This document shows positions 8,954-16,929 of a stretch of 64,000 nucleotides of DNA, one piece after another. The translations under genes and the position numbers were made by a program. Numbering within the stretch: the first letter of the stretch is position 1; the number at the start of each line of letters is the position of its first letter. Source of the DNA: Candidatus Omnitrophota bacterium (GTDB lineage: Bacteria > Omnitrophota > Gorgyraeia > Zapsychrales > Zapsychraceae); assembly GCA_050250375.1 (NCBI GenBank), contig JBFWOS010000003.1, positions 559,286-623,285 on the forward strand. The letters run 5' to 3'. The notes beneath the pieces are model-generated. The model was not told the origin of the DNA. It saw nothing but the letters and a program-made list of their open reading frames with translations, and ran no database searches.

Positions 8954-10420
8954 CTATTTTTCACTTATTGTTTTTGCAGTCACGAACACAATAATTTCTG
9001 TTTTGCGTATACTCCGTTTCTGATTTCTGAACGCAAATCCCAGGAAAGGGATTTCTTCAAAAGGAACATCACGAATCAACGGAATGTCGCTGATCAGAGG
9101 AATCCGACGTTCGGAGTTTACGGTAACGTTCTTAAATAACCCGCCGATTACGATCGTCGCCCCGTCTTTGACGAGAATGTTCATTGTTTTTTCCGCCAAT
9201 GAAAAAACCACCGGCTTAATATGGACCTCAATCTTGTCTTTACCGTACGCCAGCGGTTTTAAATAAAACCGCAGATCTTCTTCCTGGTCTTTGGTTTCAA
9301 GGTTTGATTTTTGCTCAGACATGTCGACGGCGTCCAAACCATTGACAGATATTATAACAGCTTCTTCTTTGGATGCTGTATCTTTCATGTCATCCAAAAC
9401 GGATATATCACCCACCGTCTCCAGGGCCGCCAGCAACACCTTGTAATCTTCGCTGCTGATTGTCCCGAGGCTGATCATTCCGTTCTTACCTTCAATGGAA
9501 TTTTTCATCCCCAGAAAATCAAGGCTTTTATAATCAGAAACAATGGCTTCCCAATCCACTCCCCGGGTGTGTTCATCATTCAGAATGATTTGCAGAATTC
9601 TCGTCTCAAATTTTACTTTTTTATCAGCCTGGTCATATTCTTCAATCTTCTGTTTGATTTCATTCAGTTTGGTGCGCGTATCGGTGATGGTTATGGTCTT
9701 TCTTTCCTGATTAACCGAGATTGCCCCCTTGCTTTCCGATAAAAGATTCTGAACAGCATCCGCCACTTCTCCCGGATCTTTATATTTAAGCGCAATCGTT
9801 AGGTTGTCAATCGGAACGTCCATTTTTTTAATATAGACATCCATGGCGGCCAATTGTTTAGGAAGATCGATCAGGACAAATGTCTGTGTCTGATCGTTAA
9901 ATATGATGCGGCCTGATTCGCTTTTCATTTCATGGAGCACTTCAATGATCTCATCCGCATCCGCGTGCAAAAGCGGGATCATTTTTGTTTGGACTTTTTG
10001 GGTAAACGGATAACCATACCGCTCCTCAAATCCTTTGGCCGTCAAAACGCGGATGATCCCGTTTTCTTCACTGTACGCCAAACCGTTCGTATCCAGGATG
10101 ATCCTCAAGGCATCATGGGCATAGACATCTTTCAAAAAGATCGTGACTTTGCCCTGGATATCCGGGCCGGTGATGACATTCAGTCTCCCTTTTTGAGCCA
10201 ATGTTTCCAGGACTTCATAGATATCTTCATTCTTGGCTTCAAGGATATCAATCTTTATATCTTCTAACTCCGTCCGGTTTTCGAATTCGGTCAAGGCATT
10301 ATTCACCGTGTTGTTCGTGGCCTCCACCTGCGCAGAAGCGTCACTCATATTTATACCTAATAGGCAGACAAAAAACACCGTCTGAATAAAATACCGCTTA
10401 TGATGATTTATTTTCTTCAT
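8954..10420 (-). CDS. Secretin family protein (PilQ/GspD-like)
   Basis: Signal peptide, STN-like domain (GKVTIFLKDV), N-domains, GVDW, VKDGATIVIGGL, IPFLGFAF..TEIIVFVT. The secretin core looks compact. Confidence 0.85.
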   Translation of the reverse strand: MKKINHHKRYFIQTVFFVCLLGINMSDASAQVEATNNTVNNALTEFENRTELEDIKIDILEAKNEDIYEVLETLAQKGRLNVITGPDIQGKVTIFLKDVYAHDALRIILDTNGLAYSEENGIIRVLTAKGFEERYGYPFTQKVQTKMIPLLHADADEIIEVLHEMKSESGRIIFNDQTQTFVLIDLPKQLAAMDVYIKKMDVPIDNLTIALKYKDPGEVADAVQNLLSESKGAISVNQERKTITITDTRTKLNEIKQKIEEYDQADKKVKFETRILQIILNDEHTRGVDWEAIVSDYKSLDFLGMKNSIEGKNGMISLGTISSEDYKVLLAALETVGDISVLDDMKDTASKEEAVIISVNGLDAVDMSEQKSNLETKDQEEDLRFYLKPLAYGKDKIEVHIKPVVFSLAEKTMNILVKDGATIVIGGLFKNVTVNSERRIPLISDIPLIRDVPFEEIPFLGFAFRNQKRSIRKTEIIVFVTAKTISEK

Positions 10421-10640
10421 GTTCAAATTTTTCCTGGATCTGTTTTAACGTTAGCTGCTGTTTTTGCAATCGTCTGATTTTTTTTAGCTGTGCACAGGTT
10501 GCATCATTAAAATACCGGATATTTGTTTCTTTGGACCGGCCGATTTCTTTCAACAGCCCCATACGCAAGTAATATTTGAGGGTATGGGTCGGGCATCCGC
10601 TGAGTTTGGATAAATCCTTGAGTAAATAGATTGTTTGCAT
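10398..10640 (-). CDS. Stand-alone MerR-family HTH protein
   Basis: LKDLSKLSG..TLKYYLRMGLL..NIRYF..LTLKQI; overlaps the secretin start. Confidence 0.85.
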   Translation of the reverse strand: MQTIYLLKDLSKLSGCPTHTLKYYLRMGLLKEIGRSKETNIRYFNDATCAQLKKIRRLQKQQLTLKQIQEKFEHEENKSS

Positions 10641-10892
10641 AGAACAATGGGCTAGAATTTAATGAAAATCGTATCTGATCTTACGCCTTTATTACCCTAA
10701 ATGCTTCCAGTTATTATATTTAAATAAAGCTGAACTATCCGAGTGGGCAGTTGAGACTTATTCTTATATATTTAGTCCACCCTGTCAAGGTTTTTGTCCT
10801 GCGGCCCCTCAAGTATATTTTTTCTGGACGCTTAAAATATTATCTGTTATAAATGAATTAGTTTTATATAACCCGGTCAACCAGAGGTCTCC

Positions 10893-11282
10893 ATGTTAAT
10901 TGTCTTGTGGTTAATTCTTAGAATCCTGTTTTTTGCCGCTGCGGCCTTCCTTATATATTATTATTTCAAAAACCTGAATCATGACGGAGCTTTTGATACA
11001 TTCAAAAATGGAATAAAAACCGCCTTCAAGGACTGCGGGTTTAATGTCAAAACCAAAGACAGCGGTTATTCGATTGAACTATACAAATGGACCATCAATG
11101 AAAATGATGAGGTCTGTGAAGAAGCGCTGGACCGCGCGACCTGGCCGGCCATGGATATTGCCGACTGGATGAAAGAGGGCCTGCCCCGCTCAGCCGATGG
11201 GACTTCATTATGCGGACGCAATTGCCGGTGCAAACTGAACCGGTATAAGGTCAGACGATCACGGCAACCAAAATCCTTTTAA
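10893..11282 (+). CDS. Hypothetical membrane-anchored protein with C-terminal CxxxCxC
   Basis: 129 aa, N-terminal TM helix, SD GAGG, motif LCGRNCRCKL. Confidence 0.65.
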   Translation: MLIVLWLILRILFFAAAAFLIYYYFKNLNHDGAFDTFKNGIKTAFKDCGFNVKTKDSGYSIELYKWTINENDEVCEEALDRATWPAMDIADWMKEGLPRSADGTSLCGRNCRCKLNRYKVRRSRQPKSF

Positions 11283-11290
11283 CATTCCCT

Positions 11291-11701
11291 ATGCTGAATA
11301 TCCTCATAGCTGAAGATGATCCGGCTGATGCCCAGAAATTGGTTCAGGGCCTGTCCGGTGTGGCCGACTGTCATGTGACCAAAGACGGGACGGAAACAAT
11401 CGAACTTTATAAATCTTCCATCAAAGATAATTTACGGTTTGATTTTATTTTGCTGGATGTCCAGCTCCCCCGCATAAACGGTTTTGATATCTTAAAGACG
11501 ATCCGTAAGCTGGAAGAATCCCGTCAAGAAATCCCATCCAGAGAAACAAAGGTGATCATGATCACGACTTACAAAGACTCCCTGATGGAAAATTACAATA
11601 TGGGGTGGGATGATTTTATGTCAAAACCCGTCGATATCGCTATCCTAAAAACCCGCTTGAAAGAATTAAATCTGACCCGCAAAAAATCCGAACTTTCCTG
11701 A
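11291..11701 (+). CDS. Single-domain response regulator (CheY-like)
   Basis: ILIAEDD, ILLDVQLP, IMITT, FMSKP. Confidence 0.9.
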   Translation: MLNILIAEDDPADAQKLVQGLSGVADCHVTKDGTETIELYKSSIKDNLRFDFILLDVQLPRINGFDILKTIRKLEESRQEIPSRETKVIMITTYKDSLMENYNMGWDDFMSKPVDIAILKTRLKELNLTRKKSELS

Positions 11702-13059
11702 GGGGGTTCAATCAATTCCTGAAGATGTTCGATCCGGTCCTTCTGCATATCAATAATTTTCTGGTCCTGGCTCGTTTCGACAATCTTTTGACGGATGGCC
11801 AGGGCCTCATGATACTCTCCCAAAAGCTCAAGCACCTCCGCTTTGGTATCCAGATAAGCATCCGTATCCGGAGATAACTCAAGCGCGCGGTCAATGAGCC
11901 GCAAGGCCTCGTCGACTTTAATATTCTCCTGGGAATAAAGCCAGGCCAGGTCGTTATACGCCGCCGAAAAATCGGGTTTTTGGACGATACTTTTGAGCAA
12001 TAATTCTTCTTTCTGGGTGGTATCCAGAAAAGTATACTTTGCCTGGTATTCAAAATAGTAGGGATTATTCAGCGTTAAGATGACTACAGGAACAATCGTA
12101 ACCCCTATGTTATAAATATAATGCAGAACCAGCCCTGCTTGAGTTGTCCCGCTCCACGCCCGTAACAAAGTCAGGGTGAACGCCAATAAGGTAACCATCA
12201 GGATCGCTAACCAGTCCCCCCAATATTGCCCGATATGAAGCAGGGCAAATGATCCAGCGATGACATAGATAGCAAAGCGTTGCCCTTTCACTTTCTTAAA
12301 AATATGAAAAGAATAGCCCCGAAAGACGATTTCCTCAAATAACGGCGCGACAAACCAGGCCCAGGCGATAAAGATGATCAAAATCAACGGTGACCCGGCT
12401 GTTGAAATAACTTCGGCCATCGGGGTCGACGGATTGTTCTCTCCCCGGTTGATCACAATCAGCGATGAAAAGCCGACAAAAAATATCCCCAGGATGACCG
12501 GAACGAGAACGCTTTTGATTTTAGAAACGTCTTTCCGAAAACCGACATTTAACCAAAAACCTTCCGGTGAAAAATTGATGGCCGACCGGTAAATAAAGAC
12601 CAGTGATAAAATGGATAAAAAAATAATCGAGATCATCATCCGGCTGATCTCAGATAAATCCAGTGAAGCATATTTGAGCATGCCTTCGAAAATGATTTCA
12701 AATAACATAGAGCTGTAGAGGCTTAAGATTACAACCTTGAACCATTCAAACAGTGTGTACGCCTTCGTAACACTGTCCTGGCCGATTAAGAAATCCAGGG
12801 GCTGATCGCGGTCCGTGTATAAAAATACACTCCGTTTGGATAAATAAACCGGGACCAGACCGGCCAGAAAGAAATAGACCAGCAAATTAAAGGGCTTATT
12901 AAAAAAACCGGCCAGCAAAATTGCCCCGCAAAAAGAGACGACAGCAACGGCCATCGGTAACCGGAATACATTATAAAAATGTTCCGGGTTATAACGCCTC
13001 AAGAGTTGTGCGTCCCAAAAGATAATTACAAATAATAAGATACTGGAAAACACATCCAT
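11593..13059 (-). CDS. CPBP/Abi-family intramembrane metalloprotease with C-terminal TPR
   Basis: Multiple TM helices; PLFEEIVFRG, FALLH, LHYIYN; TPR AYNDLAWLY..AYLDTKA. Start ATG 13059 with GAGGAGG SD. Confidence 0.88.
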   Translation of the reverse strand: MDVFSSILLFVIIFWDAQLLRRYNPEHFYNVFRLPMAVAVVSFCGAILLAGFFNKPFNLLVYFFLAGLVPVYLSKRSVFLYTDRDQPLDFLIGQDSVTKAYTLFEWFKVVILSLYSSMLFEIIFEGMLKYASLDLSEISRMMISIIFLSILSLVFIYRSAINFSPEGFWLNVGFRKDVSKIKSVLVPVILGIFFVGFSSLIVINRGENNPSTPMAEVISTAGSPLILIIFIAWAWFVAPLFEEIVFRGYSFHIFKKVKGQRFAIYVIAGSFALLHIGQYWGDWLAILMVTLLAFTLTLLRAWSGTTQAGLVLHYIYNIGVTIVPVVILTLNNPYYFEYQAKYTFLDTTQKEELLLKSIVQKPDFSAAYNDLAWLYSQENIKVDEALRLIDRALELSPDTDAYLDTKAEVLELLGEYHEALAIRQKIVETSQDQKIIDMQKDRIEHLQELIEPPQESSDFLRVRFNSFKRVFRIAISTGFDIKSSHPIL

Positions 13060-13061
13060 CG

Positions 13062-14030
13062 CTAAGCCGCCCTCCTCAATTTGGCGATAAAAAAACCATT
13101 CATAAAATCGTCGGGGAGGATCCTGAGGCAATTAGAAACTTCCGGAGAAAAGGTCAACTCTCCCCAGCGCTCCACCGCCGGATATGTATCTACGCGTGTG
13201 AATTCAGCGGTCGATATTCTTTCGGCAAAAAAACGCCCCTTCTCTTTTCTCAGAAACCAGTCAACCACCTGTTCATTTTCTTCCGGGGCAAACGTACAGG
13301 TCGAGTAGACTAATAAACCTCCGGGTTTCAGCCAGCGCGCGGCGTTGAGCAAAATCCCTTTTTGTTTTTTCCGCATTTCCCTGATCTTGCGCAGACTCCA
13401 GTAAGCAAAAGATTTTTTGTCCGACGGATCAAAACGGCCTTCAGAACTGCACGGGGCGTCCACCAGAATTTTATCAAACGCCAGGCCCTGCGCCCTGTAT
13501 TTTCGCGCATCCATCAGTACCGTCTTAATATTTCCCGCCCCCTGCAACTGGATCACTGATTTAAGTTTAAACATCCGCTGCCTGACTCCTTCAATCGCCA
13601 GAATTTCTCCCGTGTTATTCATCATCTGGGAGATCTGGGTCGTTTTACTTCCCGGAGCGGCGCACGCATCGAGAATAATCTCTCCGGGCCGCGGGTTCAG
13701 GACTACCGGGACCAGCAGACTGGACAAGCCTTGACGATAAACCGCGCCTTCTTCCTCCAGATTTCTTAACTCGTTTAAATTGTCACCATTTTTGATGATA
13801 AAGGCATTTACGAACCACGGAACCTCTTCAATACTCAACCCCGATTGTGTAATCCTTGCGAGGATGACTTCTCTAGATTGACCGGTATTGACCCGGAACG
13901 TAATAAACTTTTCTGTCCCGAACGACCGAATGACTTTTTCATACAGACCGGCAGGAATGATCTGCTTTAATCGATCAATAAAATCTGACGGGAGCAATTT
14001 TTCTGTTTCGGTCGTTATTATTTCTTCCAT
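13062..14030 (-). CDS. RsmB/RsmF (NOL1/NOP2/Sun) RNA m5C methyltransferase
   Basis: LDACAAPGSKT, ILVDAPCSSEG, VYSTCTFAPEENE, GFFIAKL. Confidence 0.93.
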   Translation of the reverse strand: MEEIITTETEKLLPSDFIDRLKQIIPAGLYEKVIRSFGTEKFITFRVNTGQSREVILARITQSGLSIEEVPWFVNAFIIKNGDNLNELRNLEEEGAVYRQGLSSLLVPVVLNPRPGEIILDACAAPGSKTTQISQMMNNTGEILAIEGVRQRMFKLKSVIQLQGAGNIKTVLMDARKYRAQGLAFDKILVDAPCSSEGRFDPSDKKSFAYWSLRKIREMRKKQKGILLNAARWLKPGGLLVYSTCTFAPEENEQVVDWFLRKEKGRFFAERISTAEFTRVDTYPAVERWGELTFSPEVSNCLRILPDDFMNGFFIAKLRRAA

Positions 14031-14181
14031 TCTATTTTCCAATCATTACTTTTACATAAGCCCGATGGTTAAGCCATAAAAAGACAAAATCTGCGTCTAT
14101 TCATAAGACCGTATTATAAATCCTTAACCAGGATTTCGTAACAGAAATATTACCATTGCTTTTGATAGATTGTTTTATAAC

Positions 14182-14193
14182 GTGCATATGCAC
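14182..14193. promoter_or_regulatory. Palindromic operator-like site GTGCATATGCAC
   Basis: Perfect 12-bp palindrome in the marR-rsmF intergenic region; resembles the site overlapping the marR promoter. Confidence 0.4.
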
Positions 14194-14213
14194 ATTAAAA
14201 ATTAAAAAATTTT

Positions 14214-14678
14214 TTAGATTTCCTGAATGGTCGCCACGGCTTCATTTAATTCTTTGCACATAAGCTCCATCCGTTCCTTTCCCAATTTCTGGGAGACTTT
14301 TTGCTGGAATTCCCTAAAAATATTAAAAGATTGATCACAAAGATCATTGCCTTTATCCGTAAGCAGGATCAGCCGGGAACGTTTGTCATCTCCGACCTTT
14401 ATTTTGATAAGCCCATCCCGTTCAAGCGGTTTCAGATTTCTGGTAATGGTGGTCCGGTCGGTGGCCATGGCCTGCGATAGTTGCGATACACTCATGGATC
14501 CAATCATCCGTAAAGACGTGAGGATGGAAATCTGGCTGGCTGTTAAACCGATACCCCTGAACATGTGGTCATAAATTTGGGTAATGGCCCGCGCCGCTTT
14601 CCTGAGGTTAAAACAGATGCAGGGACTTTCATTGGCAAATTGGTTGATTTTGACTTCTTTATCCGGTACCGGCCCCAT
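14214..14678 (-). CDS. MarR-family transcriptional regulator (CxC subtype)
   Basis: CICFNLRKAARAITQIYD, DRTTITRNLKPLERDGLI, DKRSR..LTDKG. Confidence 0.93.
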   Translation of the reverse strand: MGPVPDKEVKINQFANESPCICFNLRKAARAITQIYDHMFRGIGLTASQISILTSLRMIGSMSVSQLSQAMATDRTTITRNLKPLERDGLIKIKVGDDKRSRLILLTDKGNDLCDQSFNIFREFQQKVSQKLGKERMELMCKELNEAVATIQEI

Positions 14679-14704
14679 AAGGTGGCATCCTCCTCGATAA
14701 ATTG

Positions 14705-14734
14705 GAGTATATACACCTTAAATATCTTTGTCAA
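14705..14734 (-). promoter_or_regulatory. marR promoter with overlapping operator
   Basis: Minus strand TTGACA (14734-14729), 17 bp, TATACT (14711-14706). The near-palindrome GAGTATATACAC (14705-14716) covers the -10. Confidence 0.65.
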
Positions 14735-14783
14735 TATGAAAAGTGAGGCCCCATCTCACACCCGCAGAGCCGAAGAGAAGGAG

Positions 14784-15224
14784 TTAAAACGGATCGTAGC
14801 CCATTTTCTGGCATACGCCGCCGCAAGGAAAGCAGGAAATGCGTCCATCACTGATCAGGATGATCTCATACTGGAAGCTCCCGTTCACCACTTTATGCAT
14901 GTGAGCTAAGGAATTCACGATATTGGCCCCGCAAATAATATTTTGCTGTTGGGGATAAATGATGAAATTTTGAAGGGTGGGGATAGTGATATCCAGCTGG
15001 GAAATGTTGGTCGCAAAAACACCATGGTCCAGTTGATATTCTTTTTCAGCCACCCAGATGGCCCGAAGGATTTGTTCGGCCTCCTGGTTTTCTCCGCGCC
15101 TGAGCTGCAGCGAATAATTAGGAACAAGCAACGATAACAAAACGCTTAAAATGATCACGACAGCGATGATCTCGTAAATACTAAATCCTTTGGTGTTCTC
15201 AAATTTATGAGTGGATAAATTCAT
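14784..15224 (-). CDS. Type IV pilin-like protein
   Basis: Prepilin site KG|FSIYE (E5), hydrophobic helix, C-terminal cysteines. ATG 15224 with GAGGA SD. Confidence 0.88.
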   Translation of the reverse strand: MNLSTHKFENTKGFSIYEIIAVVIILSVLLSLLVPNYSLQLRRGENQEAEQILRAIWVAEKEYQLDHGVFATNISQLDITIPTLQNFIIYPQQQNIICGANIVNSLAHMHKVVNGSFQYEIILISDGRISCFPCGGVCQKMGYDPF

Positions 15225-15377
15225 ATTGCGATTCCTCAAATTAATTATGAGTATAACACACTCCCGAACGGGAGAAATATAATAGATAGAAAATTTGTGG
15301 GGAAACGATTAAAGGGTTCCCCAACGCCCGATAACCGGCGGACGCCGGGGAAAAAATTTCTTTATAAAATGCGGGGT

Positions 15378-16493
15378 TTATTCCGGACTGTCTTTTTTCC
15401 GAAGGGTATTAACCTCATGCACAACCTGATTGAGCAGCTGCTCCCGTTCTTCCAGAAGGCTGGAAATATGCCGGCGGGATACCTCCAGTTCCTCTTCCAG
15501 ACACGCCAATAAAATATCCTGTTCTTTTAGCCGGGAGGCCTTCACGATTAACTGGTCCTGGGTTTCATCCAGTTTATTCTCCAGAAACTTCATATAACTG
15601 TTTTCTTCACTAATATAAAAAGCCTGCCCGTCTCCCTTCCTCATAACCTGGGCGTAAACGTCATTGAGATGTTCCGTTACGTCGATCTGGCCGACCAGAT
15701 CTTTTTGAGTCTGGCCCAAATCAATCGCTGTATGGATCAGGTCATCTTTGACCGATTGGAGTTCTATCTCCCGCACGTCCAGATAATCGTCCAGAACCTG
15801 AATCAGTTTGTCCTGATAAGCAAACTGGTCATCATAATCGGCCTGCTCACCGTGTTCCGCCAGCCATAGATGAAAATCCTGTTCGTTCCTGGAACTAAGG
15901 TCAACGGCGGTCTGAAGGTCATGATATCCGCCCTGATCAAACGGACCGTAAATATGACCGGAATCAGGTTGTCCTCCGGGTCCAGACGATAAAGACGTCC
16001 TTTGTGTCCGTACCGGAAACTCATCGGCCCTTGCCTCTTCATCCATCGGTTCAACGATAATACGTTCCCGATAACCATAGTCATATAAATAACTGGCCTG
16101 GTCATGATCCTTCTCATACTGAATCCGCTCCAGACGAAACAGCATCCGGTTAAGTTCGGCATCAAGCCGGGCGACTTCCTGCTGATAGTCACCCAGGGCC
16201 TGGCTCGCCTGGTCAACGATCAGTTGTTTTTTTCTTGGAGAATCGGAAAAAGAATCTGCCGAAGCGCCTAACTGGTAAAGATAATAATGCGCATCTTCAT
16301 TATCCTGTTCAAGCAGAAGCGCCTTTCTGAACTGGCGAATAGCGCCCTCTTCATTCCCCTTATCCAGTTCTTTTACGCCTGATTGGACCAGGTATTGCGC
16401 CGCTCTGTTCTCGGCTTGAGCCGAACTATTGGCGGCGAAATACATCACAAAGAACACAAGCAGGCATCTGAAAATATTAGAATGAGATTTCAT
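15378..16493 (-). CDS. Exported TPR/coiled-coil hypothetical protein
   Basis: Signal peptide (SSAQA), TPR-like AIRQFRKALLLEQDNEDA, coiled-coil C-terminus; GGAG SD. Confidence 0.7.
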   Translation of the reverse strand: MKSHSNIFRCLLVFFVMYFAANSSAQAENRAAQYLVQSGVKELDKGNEEGAIRQFRKALLLEQDNEDAHYYLYQLGASADSFSDSPRKKQLIVDQASQALGDYQQEVARLDAELNRMLFRLERIQYEKDHDQASYLYDYGYRERIIVEPMDEEARADEFPVRTQRTSLSSGPGGQPDSGHIYGPFDQGGYHDLQTAVDLSSRNEQDFHLWLAEHGEQADYDDQFAYQDKLIQVLDDYLDVREIELQSVKDDLIHTAIDLGQTQKDLVGQIDVTEHLNDVYAQVMRKGDGQAFYISEENSYMKFLENKLDETQDQLIVKASRLKEQDILLACLEEELEVSRRHISSLLEEREQLLNQVVHEVNTLRKKDSPE

Positions 16494-16817
16494 GCTGTGA
16501 CTCCTTGTTCATAACAAAAACTGCCTGATCAGAAACATTGACTTTTTCGATGGCTGAAGAAAAATAATGATAAAAAATTAAGACCGAAAAATGATCCATC
16601 CACATTTTTATACCTCCTTGCGACCGGGTGTTTCTATGCTCCCATCGCATTGCTTTGAAAGTATAACACACGGCCTTTGGGTGGCAAGATTGGCCGGACC
16701 ACTTTTTTTCGACGAGGAATTGTCAGGATAGTTTTCCACACCCCGTTGTTTCCCGGGCTGTCATAACTCGTTTATTTGAGCTTTCTTTGATCCCATTTTA
16801 AATCGTTCTTTATATTT

Positions 16818-16831
16818 TGAGCATATGCTCA
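16818..16831. promoter_or_regulatory. Palindromic operator-like site TGAGCATATGCTCA
   Basis: Perfect 14-bp palindrome in the divergent TPR/mutS intergenic region. Confidence 0.4.
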
Positions 16832-16892
16832 TATGGAAAAATATTTTGAATCGCTGTCATTTTTCCTTTAAATGCTCCTCCGGGCCAGACTA

Positions 16893-16921
16893 TTGCACGC
16901 GCAACTGATTTATGATATAAA
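16893..16921 (+). promoter_or_regulatory. mutS promoter (probably leaderless or near-leaderless)
   Basis: TTGCAC (16893-16898), 17 bp, TG-A-TATAAA (16913-16921); ATG at 16930 with no SD. Confidence 0.5.
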
Positions 16922-16929
16922 ACCATTCT

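Noticed and set aside
16477-16671. 64-aa ORF upstream of the TPR gene
   Set aside because: No motif, and it overlaps a probable promoter/UTR region.
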